DNA from: Spirochaetota bacterium
Lineage (GTDB): Bacteria > Spirochaetota > UBA4802 > UBA5550
Assembly: GCA_963664815.2 (NCBI GenBank)
Contig: CAXXHB010000003.1
Location: 2,752,001-2,816,000, forward strand
Reading direction: 5' to 3'
Length of the DNA: 64,000 nucleotides
Part shown: in pieces, positions 37,720 to 48,672 of the stretch
Position numbering within the stretch: the first letter of the stretch is position 1
How the letters are laid out: each line of letters starts with the position of its first letter
Translations under genes and position numbers: made by a program
Notes under the pieces: generated by a model
Databases searched by the model: none
The model's input: only the letters and a program-made list of their open reading frames with translations
What the model was told of the DNA's origin: nothing

Positions 37720-38100
37720 TCAGATCCGCCTCACCCATTCCGGGTTCTTCGTTCCGCAGATAATCTCCACATCTGTTCCGCTGGACATAATCCTCTTTGC
37801 AGTTTTATAAAATCCTTTATCCTCGCTTATAATAATGATCTTCCCGGCCCTGTTATTATTATCAGCAAGAACCTCATCAATCATACTTTTTATTTTTTTA
37901 TCAGCCGCGTTCTTTGAAATCAGCCCGGCATCGGCAAGTGTCCATCCGTTTAATGTCAGAACCTCTTTGCGCGCCTCTTTGATCTTTGAAAAAACAACAT
38001 ACCGTTTTATATCACCCTTAATGTTTACAGTATGCTCCATTATTCTCTCAAGGTTATGAAAGGATACATTTTCGATGTCCCAGAAGATAAAAGTTGTCAT
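37720..38100 (-). CDS. NYN-domain (PIN-like) protein
   Basis: FWDIENV...KNAADK...ISEDKGF. Confidence 0.8.
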   Translation of the reverse strand: MTTFIFWDIENVSFHNLERIMEHTVNIKGDIKRYVVFSKIKEARKEVLTLNGWTLADAGLISKNAADKKIKSMIDEVLADNNNRAGKIIIISEDKGFYKTAKRIMSSGTDVEIICGTKNPEWVRRI

Positions 38101-38470
38101 TTATGAATCTCCGGATTTTTTCCCCTTTCTTACCAGATGCGGCAGGCAGGGTAAATTTTGTTAAACAAATATAATGTTAATACTGGTTTTCCAAGTCTTA
38201 TAAGACATAAAACCATCAGTGTCAACACCTATAAACCGCCGACTATACAGTCATACCGGAAAATAAAGCATTATAAACATATGAAATTCATCAGACAAAC
38301 CCGCGGAGGTGACATAAGAAACATCTGACTGCATAATATTTCAAATAAATTAAAAAATTAAGAATAACAGCAGTTATACAGAATAAAAGGTTGAAAAACA
38401 AAGTGTTATATCCGGCAGTTGTAAATAAATCCGGGTCCGGTAAAAGCCTGGTAGAAGCAGGTAAGAAAAG

Positions 38471-39637
38471 ATGACAGATGCCGAATTTATTATAAAATAT
38501 TCGACCAGAAGCGTATTCCTTTTGGAAAACATCCTGTTTCTTTATGTTTTTCTGACACCGGGACGATTAAGATTTTTCCAGCTTGCCGCTTTTGTAATAA
38601 CATGGGTAATCGCGTATATTATACGCCATATATTGATGCTCTTCATCCCCGACCCGCTGCTGATCAGTTATATTATCGGTTGTCTGTACCTTATCCCCTG
38701 CGTGCTGATATTTAAAGAGACAATCCAGGCGAAGATCTTCGTTTTTTTCATGATCTATTCAATGTCACAGTGCACATTCCTGTTTTTCATGTATCTGGAC
38801 CGGTATATGACCCCGCCGGTACCCTATACCGTTGTTCTGTCAGGTATGCTGCTTGAGCTGGCATCCCTGCCTCTCATTAACCGCTATATCAGGCAGCCCG
38901 TGAGGAGCATTCTTGAGATTATAAATCTGCAGAATCCTGTTTTTACGCTGTTTCCAATATTGTCATTTTTTCTTCTGGCAATCTACGGTCTGCAGGATAC
39001 ATACCAGTTAACGAATTTCATAACACTGGCATTATCCATAACACTTATTTTTTTCGCCTACTATCTTACAGCCACATCAATAGCCGGAGCCAGGCGCCTG
39101 CAGCACCTGGAGTATATCTCAATGACCGACAGCCTTACAGGCCTTTACAACCGCCGGTATATGGAAAAGCTGATCAGTCAGGAATACGATCAGTATCTCC
39201 GCACCGGTTCAGGCTTTGCACTTGCAAGCGCGGATATCGACTTTTTTAAAAATGTCAATGACATATACGGCCATGACATCGGGGACACTGTACTCAGATC
39301 TATTGCTGATGAAATACTCGGATCGGTGAGAACATACGATACCGTAGCGCGCTGGGGCGGTGAGGAGTTTCTTATACTTCTGCCTTCAACCAACGAGCAC
39401 CATGCGATGGAACTTGCCGAAAGAATCCGAAAAAGAATCGAAGATGGAAGGTATATTCCCGGTGACAGCACGTCCATGATAACATTAACACTGGGAGTCT
39501 CGGTTATCACTCCGGCCGATACGGTTGAAAGCTTAATCCAGAGAGCCGATGTTGCTCTTTACCACGGGAAACGAGAAAGCCGGAACTGTGTTATTTCTTT
39601 TAACAGTATAGATCCTGCCGTAACTGCAGATATCTGA
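38471..39637 (+). CDS. Membrane-bound diguanylate cyclase
   Basis: Multiple TM segments; DSLTGLYNRR, DIDFFK.VND.YGH..GD, RWGGEEF. Confidence 0.92.
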   Translation: MTDAEFIIKYSTRSVFLLENILFLYVFLTPGRLRFFQLAAFVITWVIAYIIRHILMLFIPDPLLISYIIGCLYLIPCVLIFKETIQAKIFVFFMIYSMSQCTFLFFMYLDRYMTPPVPYTVVLSGMLLELASLPLINRYIRQPVRSILEIINLQNPVFTLFPILSFFLLAIYGLQDTYQLTNFITLALSITLIFFAYYLTATSIAGARRLQHLEYISMTDSLTGLYNRRYMEKLISQEYDQYLRTGSGFALASADIDFFKNVNDIYGHDIGDTVLRSIADEILGSVRTYDTVARWGGEEFLILLPSTNEHHAMELAERIRKRIEDGRYIPGDSTSMITLTLGVSVITPADTVESLIQRADVALYHGKRESRNCVISFNSIDPAVTADI

Positions 39638-39683
39638 CACTCGCCATAAAACCAGTGATATAAAAAACTGATTAAACAGTATT

Positions 39684-39715
39684 ACCCGCCGCGCTTTCAC
39701 CTGCGGCGGGTCTTT
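39684..39715. terminator. Hairpin terminator
   Basis: ACCCGCCGC...GCGGCGGGT followed by CTTT, between convergent genes. Confidence 0.65.
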
Positions 39716-39717
39716 GA

Positions 39718-40389
39718 TTAATCTTTAAAATTATTACCCTTCCCCTTATATCCCACAGTCTGGGACATGATAATTCTCTGGTTCTTCTTCAGTTTCATCT
39801 CCTTAGCAAGAGCCTCTGTATCAATATATGCCCGTATAACTGTCTCAAGCCCCTCGGAGGCACAGTACAGGTAGACATTCTGCCCGATAAACCCTGAGTC
39901 GGCCCCGGCATAGAGCAGTTTCTCCTCTTCCGTTCCACCTGCCACTTCACTCATATCGGCCACATAAACAAGGTTAAGGGCCGCGTCGCTTACGTAACCC
40001 TGTTTACCGGTAGCCGCACGGATATCCTTTTCAACAACAAGTTCAAGCTGGTGTCCCTTTGCGTTGTAAAGATATAACCCGTCTTTCAATGCCGCATAAA
40101 CAGCAATCTCCTGTTTGTCCATTGCAGTAGGCGCGGTGCGTTTTCCTGAATCTTTGCGGTTTATTCCATCAGCCGCCCAGAGAAGATTCGACAACACCTG
40201 CTCAGGGAGATCCTTATCCGAGAATGAGCGCGACGAATGCCTTTTACTTAAAGCCTCCATCAGCGGGATGCCCCCTTTTGTATCGGGTTTTAAAAGTTTT
40301 ACTGTTTTCGGCGCCGTAAAGCATAAATCGGGAACGATCAGCAGCGCAACAAAAAACGCGGCAGCAGCAGGTATAACCTTGAATTTCAT
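39718..40389 (-). CDS. Nitroreductase-family (SagB/ThcOx-like) protein
   Basis: ALSKRHSSRSF...LLWAA.GINR...RTAPTA...GQNVYL. Confidence 0.85.
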   Translation of the reverse strand: MKFKVIPAAAAFFVALLIVPDLCFTAPKTVKLLKPDTKGGIPLMEALSKRHSSRSFSDKDLPEQVLSNLLWAADGINRKDSGKRTAPTAMDKQEIAVYAALKDGLYLYNAKGHQLELVVEKDIRAATGKQGYVSDAALNLVYVADMSEVAGGTEEEKLLYAGADSGFIGQNVYLYCASEGLETVIRAYIDTEALAKEMKLKKNQRIIMSQTVGYKGKGNNFKD

Positions 40390-40673
40390 AAATTCCTCCT
40401 CTAAAATTAATTAGAATTAATAAGCCGGCAGTATTTCCGGTACTGACAGAATATTATCTGAATCTGCTATATATAAATTTCAACTTAAAATGTAATTTTT
40501 TTACCCGATTTGTCAAACCGGGCTTATATTTGAAATTGCTTCAAATCCCGCTTTAACAAACTGTCTTGTATACACATTCCAAATTGACCCCGGCCAGCAG
40601 GGCATACCATCCGGTAAAATATTTAACACAAATAATTTAATAACAGTATCTTCAAGTCCCCCGCCGGGGATTT

Positions 40674-40768
40674 AGGGGGCTGTCACCGGAGGATTATGGA
40701 TTCGCCGGGTGATTCAGGGGGCTGTCACCGGAGGATTATGGATTCGCCGGGTGATTCAGGGGGCTGTC
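40674..40768. repeat. 42-bp tandem repeat (~2.3 copies)
   Basis: AGGGGGCTGTC at 40674, 40716, 40758. Confidence 0.9.
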
Positions 40769-40785
40769 GCCGAGTTCAGGATATT

Positions 40786-41121
40786 CTACAGGCATTCCTG
40801 GTCGGTAAAATCTATAATTATATTGAATCCTCCATCTACCTTATCACACTTTAAAACTATACCTTCACAGGGGACAGTTAATGACGATTTATCGGAAGGG
40901 ATGGTCAGTTTAAAAGAAACAAGCATCCCTGTATTAATTTCTTTTTCAGCAAAACACAAAAGTCCGCTCTCGCTGATGTTTATACCGGATGTCTTTATTT
41001 CAGGGCCCTGACCGAGTGAAATCATGATATCCTGGGAAATAGGAAATCGTTCATGCCGGCGTTTTTCATTTTTCATATTCATACCTGAACCTTTTATACA
41101 TTTATAAAATGCCGAATACAA
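40786..41121 (-). CDS. PilZ-domain protein
   Basis: RRHER and NISESG motifs. Confidence 0.85.
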   Translation of the reverse strand: MYSAFYKCIKGSGMNMKNEKRRHERFPISQDIMISLGQGPEIKTSGINISESGLLCFAEKEINTGMLVSFKLTIPSDKSSLTVPCEGIVLKCDKVDGGFNIIIDFTDQECL

Positions 41122-41288
41122 CCGGTTAACTATTTTTTAAGCTATTGTCAGGATAAATTCCACTATTTTTTTGTTATTACAGGAAAAAAATGGCTAAATC
41201 CACCCCTCTGTGTTAAATCCGCAAAAGGAATTATTCTTGAAAAAATTATTCCCGGTTAATAAATTATCTTTTAAAAAGGGGAACATCC

Positions 41289-41957
41289 ATGAAACGTATA
41301 ATATTCTTCTGCATGTTCATTTTTACACTTGCATTTATCACATATACTGCTAATTCCGAATCGGAAGAGAGATTCGCAGATGCAAAAGCCGGCCTTGTAA
41401 TGAGAGAGACACCTGCAGCCAGCGGCAAAAAAATCTGCGTAATCCCCAATGGTGAGGTTGTTGACCTGATTGAAGAGACGGGTGAATCCGTTACTATTGC
41501 CGGTAAAAGCGGCAAATGGTCAAAAGTTAAATGGAATGATACAACCGGCTGGGTTTTCGGCGGCTTTCTGAAAAGCCCCGGGGACTTCGACACCATCCCG
41601 GTCTTTGACAGGTTTACCGGAAAGACATACGGTTTTCTCCTTAATGAAGATGAAAGGGCCGATGAGCTCACAATTACAGTGTACAGGGAGGGTACTTTCG
41701 AAGGTTCATGCTACCTCCACGGCAGCGGTGAGTCGAAGTTCAGCGGAAAGTATAAAAGCGCCGAGAAAGACCATGTCCTTACCTTTACGCTTAACGGCAA
41801 TGTTGACGGTGTTGTTGTTGCTGAAACAGAGGAAAAATTTACAAGGAAGATATCCAACTTGAAGTTTACAGTCAGTTACAAAGATGAAAAATTCTACGGT
41901 ACATTATATATACCATCCTGCGAAGGCTTCACCGGCAGGGAGATGGTGGAAAAATAG
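41289..41957 (+). CDS. Secreted SH3-domain protein
   Basis: GLVMRETP...IPNGEVV...KWSKVKW...GWVFGGFL. Confidence 0.8.
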   Translation: MKRIIFFCMFIFTLAFITYTANSESEERFADAKAGLVMRETPAASGKKICVIPNGEVVDLIEETGESVTIAGKSGKWSKVKWNDTTGWVFGGFLKSPGDFDTIPVFDRFTGKTYGFLLNEDERADELTITVYREGTFEGSCYLHGSGESKFSGKYKSAEKDHVLTFTLNGNVDGVVVAETEEKFTRKISNLKFTVSYKDEKFYGTLYIPSCEGFTGREMVEK

Positions 41958-41990
41958 ACCTTGCAATAAATATCGTCTCCGGAGATAATA

Positions 41991-42584
41991 ATGAAAAAGC
42001 TTTCAACTACGCTCTTTGTCGTTTTTATAATACTGCTATCCACGCAGTTTATACGTAATGCCTATGATTCCGTCTTCTACAGCAGGCACTCTGTTCTTGA
42101 TAAATCCGATAAAGACGCGGAGATAAACCTCGACAGTTCACTTTCACTTAAAGAACTCTCAATGATTTACGCCGATGCGGAGAAGAGGATCAAGCTTATT
42201 GAAAGCGGCAAAGGAAAAGATAAGTCCGGCAAATATACAAGCGGAGAGGATCCCTATGCAAGAAGGGTTAAAATACAGGAGCTGATACTGACGCGGGAAT
42301 CAAACAACAGGTCAATCACTGAACTGCTTTTTTTCTGGATTACCGGCATTATCCTCGCAGCGGGCGGTTCATTTCTCTACATGAAGTCCGAAAGATGGAC
42401 AGGTGTTGCCCTTGTAATCTCAGGCTTTACAGAGATGATATGGATAACCGGGCCTCTCTTCTTTCTTTCGAGGGTAAAACCGGAGACGTTTCTGGTTCTT
42501 AATATTAAACTGCTGCTCACAGCTTTAACCCTTGCAGCGGTAATACTATACTGGATATTTTTCAGGAAGTATATGGAGAAATAA
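41991..42584 (+). CDS. Hypothetical membrane protein
   Basis: Four hydrophobic segments; GGAG RBS. Confidence 0.7.
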   Translation: MKKLSTTLFVVFIILLSTQFIRNAYDSVFYSRHSVLDKSDKDAEINLDSSLSLKELSMIYADAEKRIKLIESGKGKDKSGKYTSGEDPYARRVKIQELILTRESNNRSITELLFFWITGIILAAGGSFLYMKSERWTGVALVISGFTEMIWITGPLFFLSRVKPETFLVLNIKLLLTALTLAAVILYWIFFRKYMEK

Positions 42585-42614
42585 ACCTCTTTCTACATAA
42601 GCCCCCGCACCGGT

Positions 42615-43859
42615 TCACTCCTCAGGGTAACGCCGTGCTATAGAGGCGAAATATTCATAATTCTCCATAAATATGTCAACAAGTTCAGGATCAAACTTCT
42701 TCCCCGAATCCTTTTTTATTTCTTTCAGTACATCCTCCTGCGTCCATGGCTCTTTATAAACCCTTTTTGATGAAAGCGCGTCATACACATCCGCAAGGGC
42801 AACTATTCTGCCGTAGACAGGTATCTCCTCCCCTTTTTTCCCCTCAATTTTATCGTCAACACAGGCGTTCATAAGATCGCCGGTTTCAATATCTATATAC
42901 CCGGGGTAACCGCTGCCATCCCAGTTTTCATGGTGGTTAAGCGCAACCAGTGACGCCATTTCGTCGAACTCAGAATGCATGTGGTTAAATAGTTTTGCGC
43001 CTATCCAGGTGTGGCTTTTCATTATGCAGAACTCTTCTTCGGTAAAGCGTGCGGGTTTTTTAAGTATAAGGTCGGAAATCCCCACCTTCCCCACATCATG
43101 GAGCATTGCCGCCATACGCAGTATATCCCTGTTATGTTCTATTTCCGGCTCAGGAATTCCTTTTCTGTGCGCCCACCTTTCGTAAAGTTCAACTGAAAGG
43201 GATGCAACCCTGTTTACGTGCGGACCGGTCTCCTTCGGATCCCTAAGTTCCGCCATGCTTATCATGCGGAGTATAAGATCGCGGGTCATCCTCGCGCGCT
43301 GCAGCACCATACTTGCCGAATTGGCAAAATGAAGAGCAAGCTGCTCATCCCTGGCGTTGAAGCTCCCTATGCCGCCGGTGGAATTACTGCCGTTTTCATC
43401 AGGCCTGACCGCGTTTATAATCTGCATAACCCCCATCACCTCATTCCGGTTTGTTTTCAGCGGAATGGATAGTATTGACCTTGTTACATAACCGGTTTTT
43501 TTATCGTTGGTTGAATCAAACCTGTATGGAGCATCAGCGCGGATATTATATGCGTCGGGAATATTTACAATCTCCCCTGTTGCAGCCACATAACCGGATA
43601 TTGAATTATGGTTAATTTTAGTCCTGAATGTTGTATACATCAGCTTCTGACCCGGGGGAAGTTTTCTCTGTATCGATTCTGTCTGTACATGACTGAAGAT
43701 CAGCTCATCCTTCTCTTTTATCTGTATTGATCCCGCATCGGAACTGAGAAAAATCCTTGCTTCGAGCAGTATCTTTTCAAGGAGAAAGTCAAGATCCTGA
43801 ATGGTATTCAGCTCCACGCTTAACTTTATTATTTCCTGTAACTGCTGATCATTATTCAT
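42615..43859 (-). CDS. GAF + HD-GYP phosphodiesterase
   Basis: GAF region, then LHDVGK...HHENWDGSGYP...ADVYDAL; ATG 43859 preferred as start. Confidence 0.9.
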   Translation of the reverse strand: MNNDQQLQEIIKLSVELNTIQDLDFLLEKILLEARIFLSSDAGSIQIKEKDELIFSHVQTESIQRKLPPGQKLMYTTFRTKINHNSISGYVAATGEIVNIPDAYNIRADAPYRFDSTNDKKTGYVTRSILSIPLKTNRNEVMGVMQIINAVRPDENGSNSTGGIGSFNARDEQLALHFANSASMVLQRARMTRDLILRMISMAELRDPKETGPHVNRVASLSVELYERWAHRKGIPEPEIEHNRDILRMAAMLHDVGKVGISDLILKKPARFTEEEFCIMKSHTWIGAKLFNHMHSEFDEMASLVALNHHENWDGSGYPGYIDIETGDLMNACVDDKIEGKKGEEIPVYGRIVALADVYDALSSKRVYKEPWTQEDVLKEIKKDSGKKFDPELVDIFMENYEYFASIARRYPEE

Positions 43860-44289
43860 AATAGTAAACCTTCTGCTGATATATCTAATATACAGCATTA
43901 ATATAAAATTTTCAACCAAAAACAGATTATTATGCCGAAGATATAATTCCGGTCAACTTAAATATATAATTTTTGATATTTATTATTAAATATTGTAATG
44001 CATTATCAACCGGTTTTTCTTGACTTTTATCAATATTAATTTATAAATTCTTATTATAACAGAAAATACTCTATTCTCACCGCCGCCGAAGACGGAGGCG
44101 GGATACAATCGTTTATTTTTAATAAAATATATGTTCAGGTATTATCATTGGACTTTTATAATACATCAGGATTATTATTTACCTGAATCAGTTAATTAAC
44201 ATATAACGGATAGACGGTATTTACTCATTCCGTAAATTGTTTATATTTCTCATGTACACGACATCAGATTTTACAAACGGAGGTATACT

Positions 44290-44802
44290 ATGAAACCGGG
44301 TTTAATGATATCTTTAATGTCAATGGCTGTAATCGGTTCCGGAGGGACGTCTGCAATGACGGTTTCATCTGATTCTTTCAGGAACGGCGAATATCTTTCA
44401 AAGGAGTTTTCATGCGAGGGGGAGGATCGCTCTCCGGATATCAGGTGGACATATTCCGGCAGTGCGGAGAGTTTTGCCCTGATCTGTGAAGACCCCGATG
44501 CGCCGGGCGGCTCCTTTGTTCACTGGGTAATTTACAGCATACCGGGAGATGTCAGGGAGCTTAAAAAAGCATTCCCCGCATTTCCGCTAAAAGACGGAAT
44601 ATTTCAGGGCATCAACGATTTCAGCACAGCCGGATACAAAGGCCCCTGCCCTCCGAAAGGGAAGGCGCACAGATATATTTTTACCGTTTATGCGCTTGAC
44701 ATAAAACCGGAACAGCCGGAACTTACTGCAGAATCACTGAAATCATTAATACAGGGTCATACGCTCATAAGCGCATCAATTACGGGAATGTACAAGAGAT
44801 AG
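44290..44802 (+). CDS. YbhB/YbcL (PEBP) family protein
   Basis: DPDAPGGSFVHW, GPCPPKG..HRY. Confidence 0.92.
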   Translation: MKPGLMISLMSMAVIGSGGTSAMTVSSDSFRNGEYLSKEFSCEGEDRSPDIRWTYSGSAESFALICEDPDAPGGSFVHWVIYSIPGDVRELKKAFPAFPLKDGIFQGINDFSTAGYKGPCPPKGKAHRYIFTVYALDIKPEQPELTAESLKSLIQGHTLISASITGMYKR

Positions 44803-44804
44803 AG

Positions 44805-45413
44805 ATGATAACATCACAGGAAGTTCTTTTTTTTATTAATACCTTTATCAAGTTCTTTTTTCTCCTTACGCCGTTCTTTGCCCTCAGCATGTTTCTTACC
44901 ATGACCGAGGGTATGGAGAACAGTTCAAGGAGAAATCTCTCGCTTAAAATAACGGCATCTGTCTATATAACATGTATAATACTCTTCCTTTTCGGTAAAG
45001 AGATATTCAGTATCTTCGGCATCACCATAGATGCCTTCAGGATAGGGACAGGCTCCCTCCTTTTTATCACAGCAGCCGGTCTGGTTAATTCAAAAATGGC
45101 TCAGTCAGCCTATAACTACGAGGATGATATTGCCGTTGTTCCCCTCTCCATACCTGTAATCGTGGGGCCGGCTACAATAGGGGCCATACTGGTCATGGGG
45201 GTCGAAATAGAGACATTCAGGCTTAAGGTAATCGGGCTCTCCGCTCTTTTTACATCAATTTTTGTTGTCGGGCTGATGCTATATCTCTCATCCAGCCTTG
45301 AGCAAATACTGAAGAAAAAAGGTTTGACTATTATAAGTAAAATTACCGGCCTTATACTGTCCGCACTGGCGGCACAGCTTGTCTTTACCGGTATAAAAAA
45401 CTTCCTGAAGTAA
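44805..45413 (+). CDS. marC: MarC-family membrane protein
   Basis: FGITIDAFRI, IAVVPLSIPVIVGPATI. Confidence 0.88.
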   Translation: MITSQEVLFFINTFIKFFFLLTPFFALSMFLTMTEGMENSSRRNLSLKITASVYITCIILFLFGKEIFSIFGITIDAFRIGTGSLLFITAAGLVNSKMAQSAYNYEDDIAVVPLSIPVIVGPATIGAILVMGVEIETFRLKVIGLSALFTSIFVVGLMLYLSSSLEQILKKKGLTIISKITGLILSALAAQLVFTGIKNFLK

Positions 45414-45579
45414 GGTTATCATATTAAATTTTCCCGTCCCGCACCGGTGACGGATGTGAAATAAATTAACAGCAGAACAATGAACCGGTGAATTATATCA
45501 TGAAAAGATCAGATGCCGGCCCGATATTCAGTGGAAAATAATTCATGGAAAAGTTAAATATATATAAAGGATCCTTAAA

Positions 45580-46251
45580 ATGTTAAACAAAAAAAACCTG
45601 CTGACTTCTTTAACTGTAATCATGCTTGGAATTCTCATCACAACGCCGGTAAAGCTCAACGCAGGGCTCAATTCTGATCTTATAACTGCCGCCAGAAGCG
45701 GGAAACTGAGTGATGTTAAGGCTCTTCTTCAGAGAGATGCAAGTCCCAACACGAGGAATGAGGATGGATTTTCACCTTTGTACTATGCCGTGGAATCGGG
45801 AAATGCCGACATGGTGAAGATTCTTATAAGCGCAGGGGCAAATGTAAACATGCGGTACAGAGACGGCACAACCTCCCTTATGCAGGCTTCCGTGAAGGGA
45901 TACGAAAGTATTGCTCGAATGATAATTCAGGCCGGGGCAAACGTAAACGCCCGGGACAGCAATGATAAATCGGTGCTTATACATGCCGTGCAGAACGGAC
46001 GTATTGAAATTGTAAAGATGATACTTGTTAAAGGCGTTAATATAAACTCATCCGACAACAGGGGCCGTTCACCGATTATGTATGCAGCTGAATACGGCTA
46101 TCTGGATCTGATTAATCTTCTTGCCGGAAAAGGCGCCAATATCAAGGCCAGGGATAACAGTGATAAAACAGCTCTGCTCCTTGCACAGGAGGGTGGTCAT
46201 AAAGAAGCCGCCCTTCTTCTTGAAAAGCTGATAAAGAAAAGTAACAACTGA
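45580..46251 (+). CDS. Secreted ankyrin-repeat protein
   Basis: Repeated G.TPL..A...G...V..L...GA.VN. Confidence 0.92.
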   Translation: MLNKKNLLTSLTVIMLGILITTPVKLNAGLNSDLITAARSGKLSDVKALLQRDASPNTRNEDGFSPLYYAVESGNADMVKILISAGANVNMRYRDGTTSLMQASVKGYESIARMIIQAGANVNARDSNDKSVLIHAVQNGRIEIVKMILVKGVNINSSDNRGRSPIMYAAEYGYLDLINLLAGKGANIKARDNSDKTALLLAQEGGHKEAALLLEKLIKKSNN

Positions 46252-46350
46252 TTGAACCGGAAAGTCCCCCCGTTACGACCATTTAACAGGGAAATCTTTC
46301 CGCAGACTGGATCAGGGTATAACTTATATTGTTAAAGCGGAGGATGCTCA

Positions 46351-46788
46351 ATGTATAACAAAAATTTTTATTCTGTAAATCTTCTTATCCGGCTTCTTAT
46401 ACCGTTATTTTTTGTTGCATGCGCGGCAGAGGTAAAAAAAACAGTCACTCCCCCTCCGGAGGAAAATGTAAAAGTATATTACGGCAAAGCTGTGATCACC
46501 GGCATTACAGATTCCGGTGATACCTCCGCTGCCGATAAAAGGGGTTACATGGAGATCTACTTTGACTATTTTCCCGACGATCCCGGCGCACTGAAAAAAT
46601 ATCTCTGCACCGGATGTCCCGACACAGGGAAAAAACTTTTCTACGACAACAGGGAGAATTTCCATGCCAACTGGATAAAGAAATGGGATATAAAGCAGGG
46701 TAACGCGTACAGCGCAATACGGCGTGAAGAGTTGAAAAACGGAAGACCCGATGTTTCCTACGAGGTATTTCTCGAACAGAGGAGATAG
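46351..46788 (+). CDS. Putative lipoprotein
   Basis: FVAC lipobox-like signal; GGAGG RBS. Confidence 0.65.
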   Translation: MYNKNFYSVNLLIRLLIPLFFVACAAEVKKTVTPPPEENVKVYYGKAVITGITDSGDTSAADKRGYMEIYFDYFPDDPGALKKYLCTGCPDTGKKLFYDNRENFHANWIKKWDIKQGNAYSAIRREELKNGRPDVSYEVFLEQRR

Positions 46789-46835
46789 AGAATCAGCTGT
46801 TAAACGATTCATTATAAAACATCCGGAAGGCCCTT

Positions 46836-47375
46836 ATGAAAAAAATTATTTTTTTATTTCTGATTATACTTATTTTTTCCCGGTGCGGTGAACAGGTAAA
46901 AGACACTCCGGGCGATGTACACAGTTTCAGTAGTACAACAGAGAATACAAAACCATCCACGGAAAAGATAGACGACTCCGAGACTTTCGAGATAATCTTT
47001 ACACTTGAAAAACCAGCTGACTGTATTTCTGTTGAAATTGAATCGGTATCTCTTCAGAAAACCTTCCCTGTTCAGAAAACACCAAGAAAGACTTTCTTCA
47101 TCGTGGAAAAAAAGCTCTCTCTTCCCGGGCTTAAACTTAAACCTGACAGGCAGTTTATTGCAATCGGCAGAAATTTTAATAATAACTGGGAAACCTTTTC
47201 ACCCGCAAAAATATGCAGCAATATAAATGATCCCATATCAAGACTCGATCTCTCAGAGTACAGGATAAGATTCACCATATTTGAAAAAACTGAATTCTAC
47301 TATATTATAACAATATCATCCCAATCAAAGGTAATATTCCGGGAAACAGCAACCCCTTCAGTTAAAAAGATATGA
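46836..47375 (+). CDS. Putative lipoprotein
   Basis: MKKIIFLFLIILIFSRC signal peptide. Confidence 0.65.
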   Translation: MKKIIFLFLIILIFSRCGEQVKDTPGDVHSFSSTTENTKPSTEKIDDSETFEIIFTLEKPADCISVEIESVSLQKTFPVQKTPRKTFFIVEKKLSLPGLKLKPDRQFIAIGRNFNNNWETFSPAKICSNINDPISRLDLSEYRIRFTIFEKTEFYYIITISSQSKVIFRETATPSVKKI

Positions 47376-47527
47376 ATTCATACCATGCATTTATCATTTG
47401 CAGTATCATAAAAAATTTAACAAAAAATTATAATTGGCAGGGTGTGAAAAGGAGTAACCCCTCATGCTGAATGTCACTAGACTCACTCATGCAGGCGGGG
47501 TTGACTCTCATCGAAGAGAATGGCTGA

Positions 47528-47758
47528 TTACTTGGCAGCTTCTTCTTTCTTTTCTTTTTTAGCTTTTTTCTTTTCTTTTTTAGATTCTTTCTTTTCTTTC
47601 TTTGCTTCTTTCTTCTCTTTCTTCTCTTTCTTCACCTCTTCTTTAGAAACCTCAGGTTTTGTGTCCTGAGCGCTGGCAGTTGTGATGAAAGCAGGGCTTG
47701 TAAATATTGTAAGAACAAGCGCAGCAAGAACAGCAGTTAAAAATTTTTTCATAAACAT
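47528..47758 (-). CDS. Small secreted Lys/Glu-rich protein
   Basis: Signal peptide then KKEKKE low-complexity tail; AGGAG RBS. Confidence 0.65.
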   Translation of the reverse strand: MFMKKFLTAVLAALVLTIFTSPAFITTASAQDTKPEVSKEEVKKEKKEKKEAKKEKKESKKEKKKAKKEKKEEAAK

Positions 47759-47797
47759 TTTCTCCTTTCTTTTATAAATACCGGTTAAACCGGAATT

Positions 47798-48160
47798 TTA
47801 CAAATCATTTAACGATGTAACAAGTTTTTCACCAGGGAGCATTACATAATAATCCTTAACTATTTTAATAGCTACAAGGTTTAATGCTTTACTCTCACTT
47901 ATATTATAAGCTACCTCCACATAAGACCATTGCTTTGGTTTAAAGCGCTCACAAACTTCTTTTGTTGTTCTGAATTGAACAATCCGCGAATCATGCTTAA
48001 CATAGACAGCAAGATGACGGATGCTGGCTTTTACAAGCTGACCCGTTATTTTCTGCACTTCCCCTTTTTCAGCATCTGCAGGTATTGTAAAAGTCATGAA
48101 GAGGATAATTATTAAAAACGATATCAGTCCTGCTGATTTTTTCATATTACCCCCCTTCAA
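47798..48160 (-). CDS. Hypothetical secreted protein
   Basis: Signal-peptide-like N-terminus. Confidence 0.55.
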   Translation of the reverse strand: MKGGNMKKSAGLISFLIIILFMTFTIPADAEKGEVQKITGQLVKASIRHLAVYVKHDSRIVQFRTTKEVCERFKPKQWSYVEVAYNISESKALNLVAIKIVKDYYVMLPGEKLVTSLNDL

Positions 48161-48672
48161 TTTATTAACTTTTTATATAACTGAACTTTTTTATTTAGCT
48201 TAACTTCATATTTATCTTAATTATCTTAACTTCTTATAATCTTAATTATCATCTGATACATATATAATATGCATTATTCATGCCGGTTTAATCAGCTGTA
48301 AAAACGGGCGGATTTAACAGTTTTTGTTAATAAATTACCATTTTATATAATAATGTCATGGTACTTTTACAAAAGTTGCGGTAAAAAAGCCATATAAAAT
48401 ATCATTTCCTTTTAATTCCATCAGGTTTGAAACTGTAAATTCCTGTCTATTGTATGAAATAATAAAATAAAACTGTTGTTTAAACAATTGACAAATAAAA
48501 TGTTAATTTTAACTTTACAGGGGCTTTTATTACTTTTATTAATATTAAAAGCGGCTGAATAAAAAATCTGTTAGCTGCCGTACCGGGTGCAATACCCATA
48601 TTCAACATCCGGTTTTATCAGCCCTTTATTTAATAAAAAATATTTTATGTTAAACACCGGTACTGATAGACA

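Noticed and set aside
46257-46320. RNase P RNA (GGAAAGTCC)
   Set aside because: The gap is only ~100 bp and no other conserved RNase P elements are present
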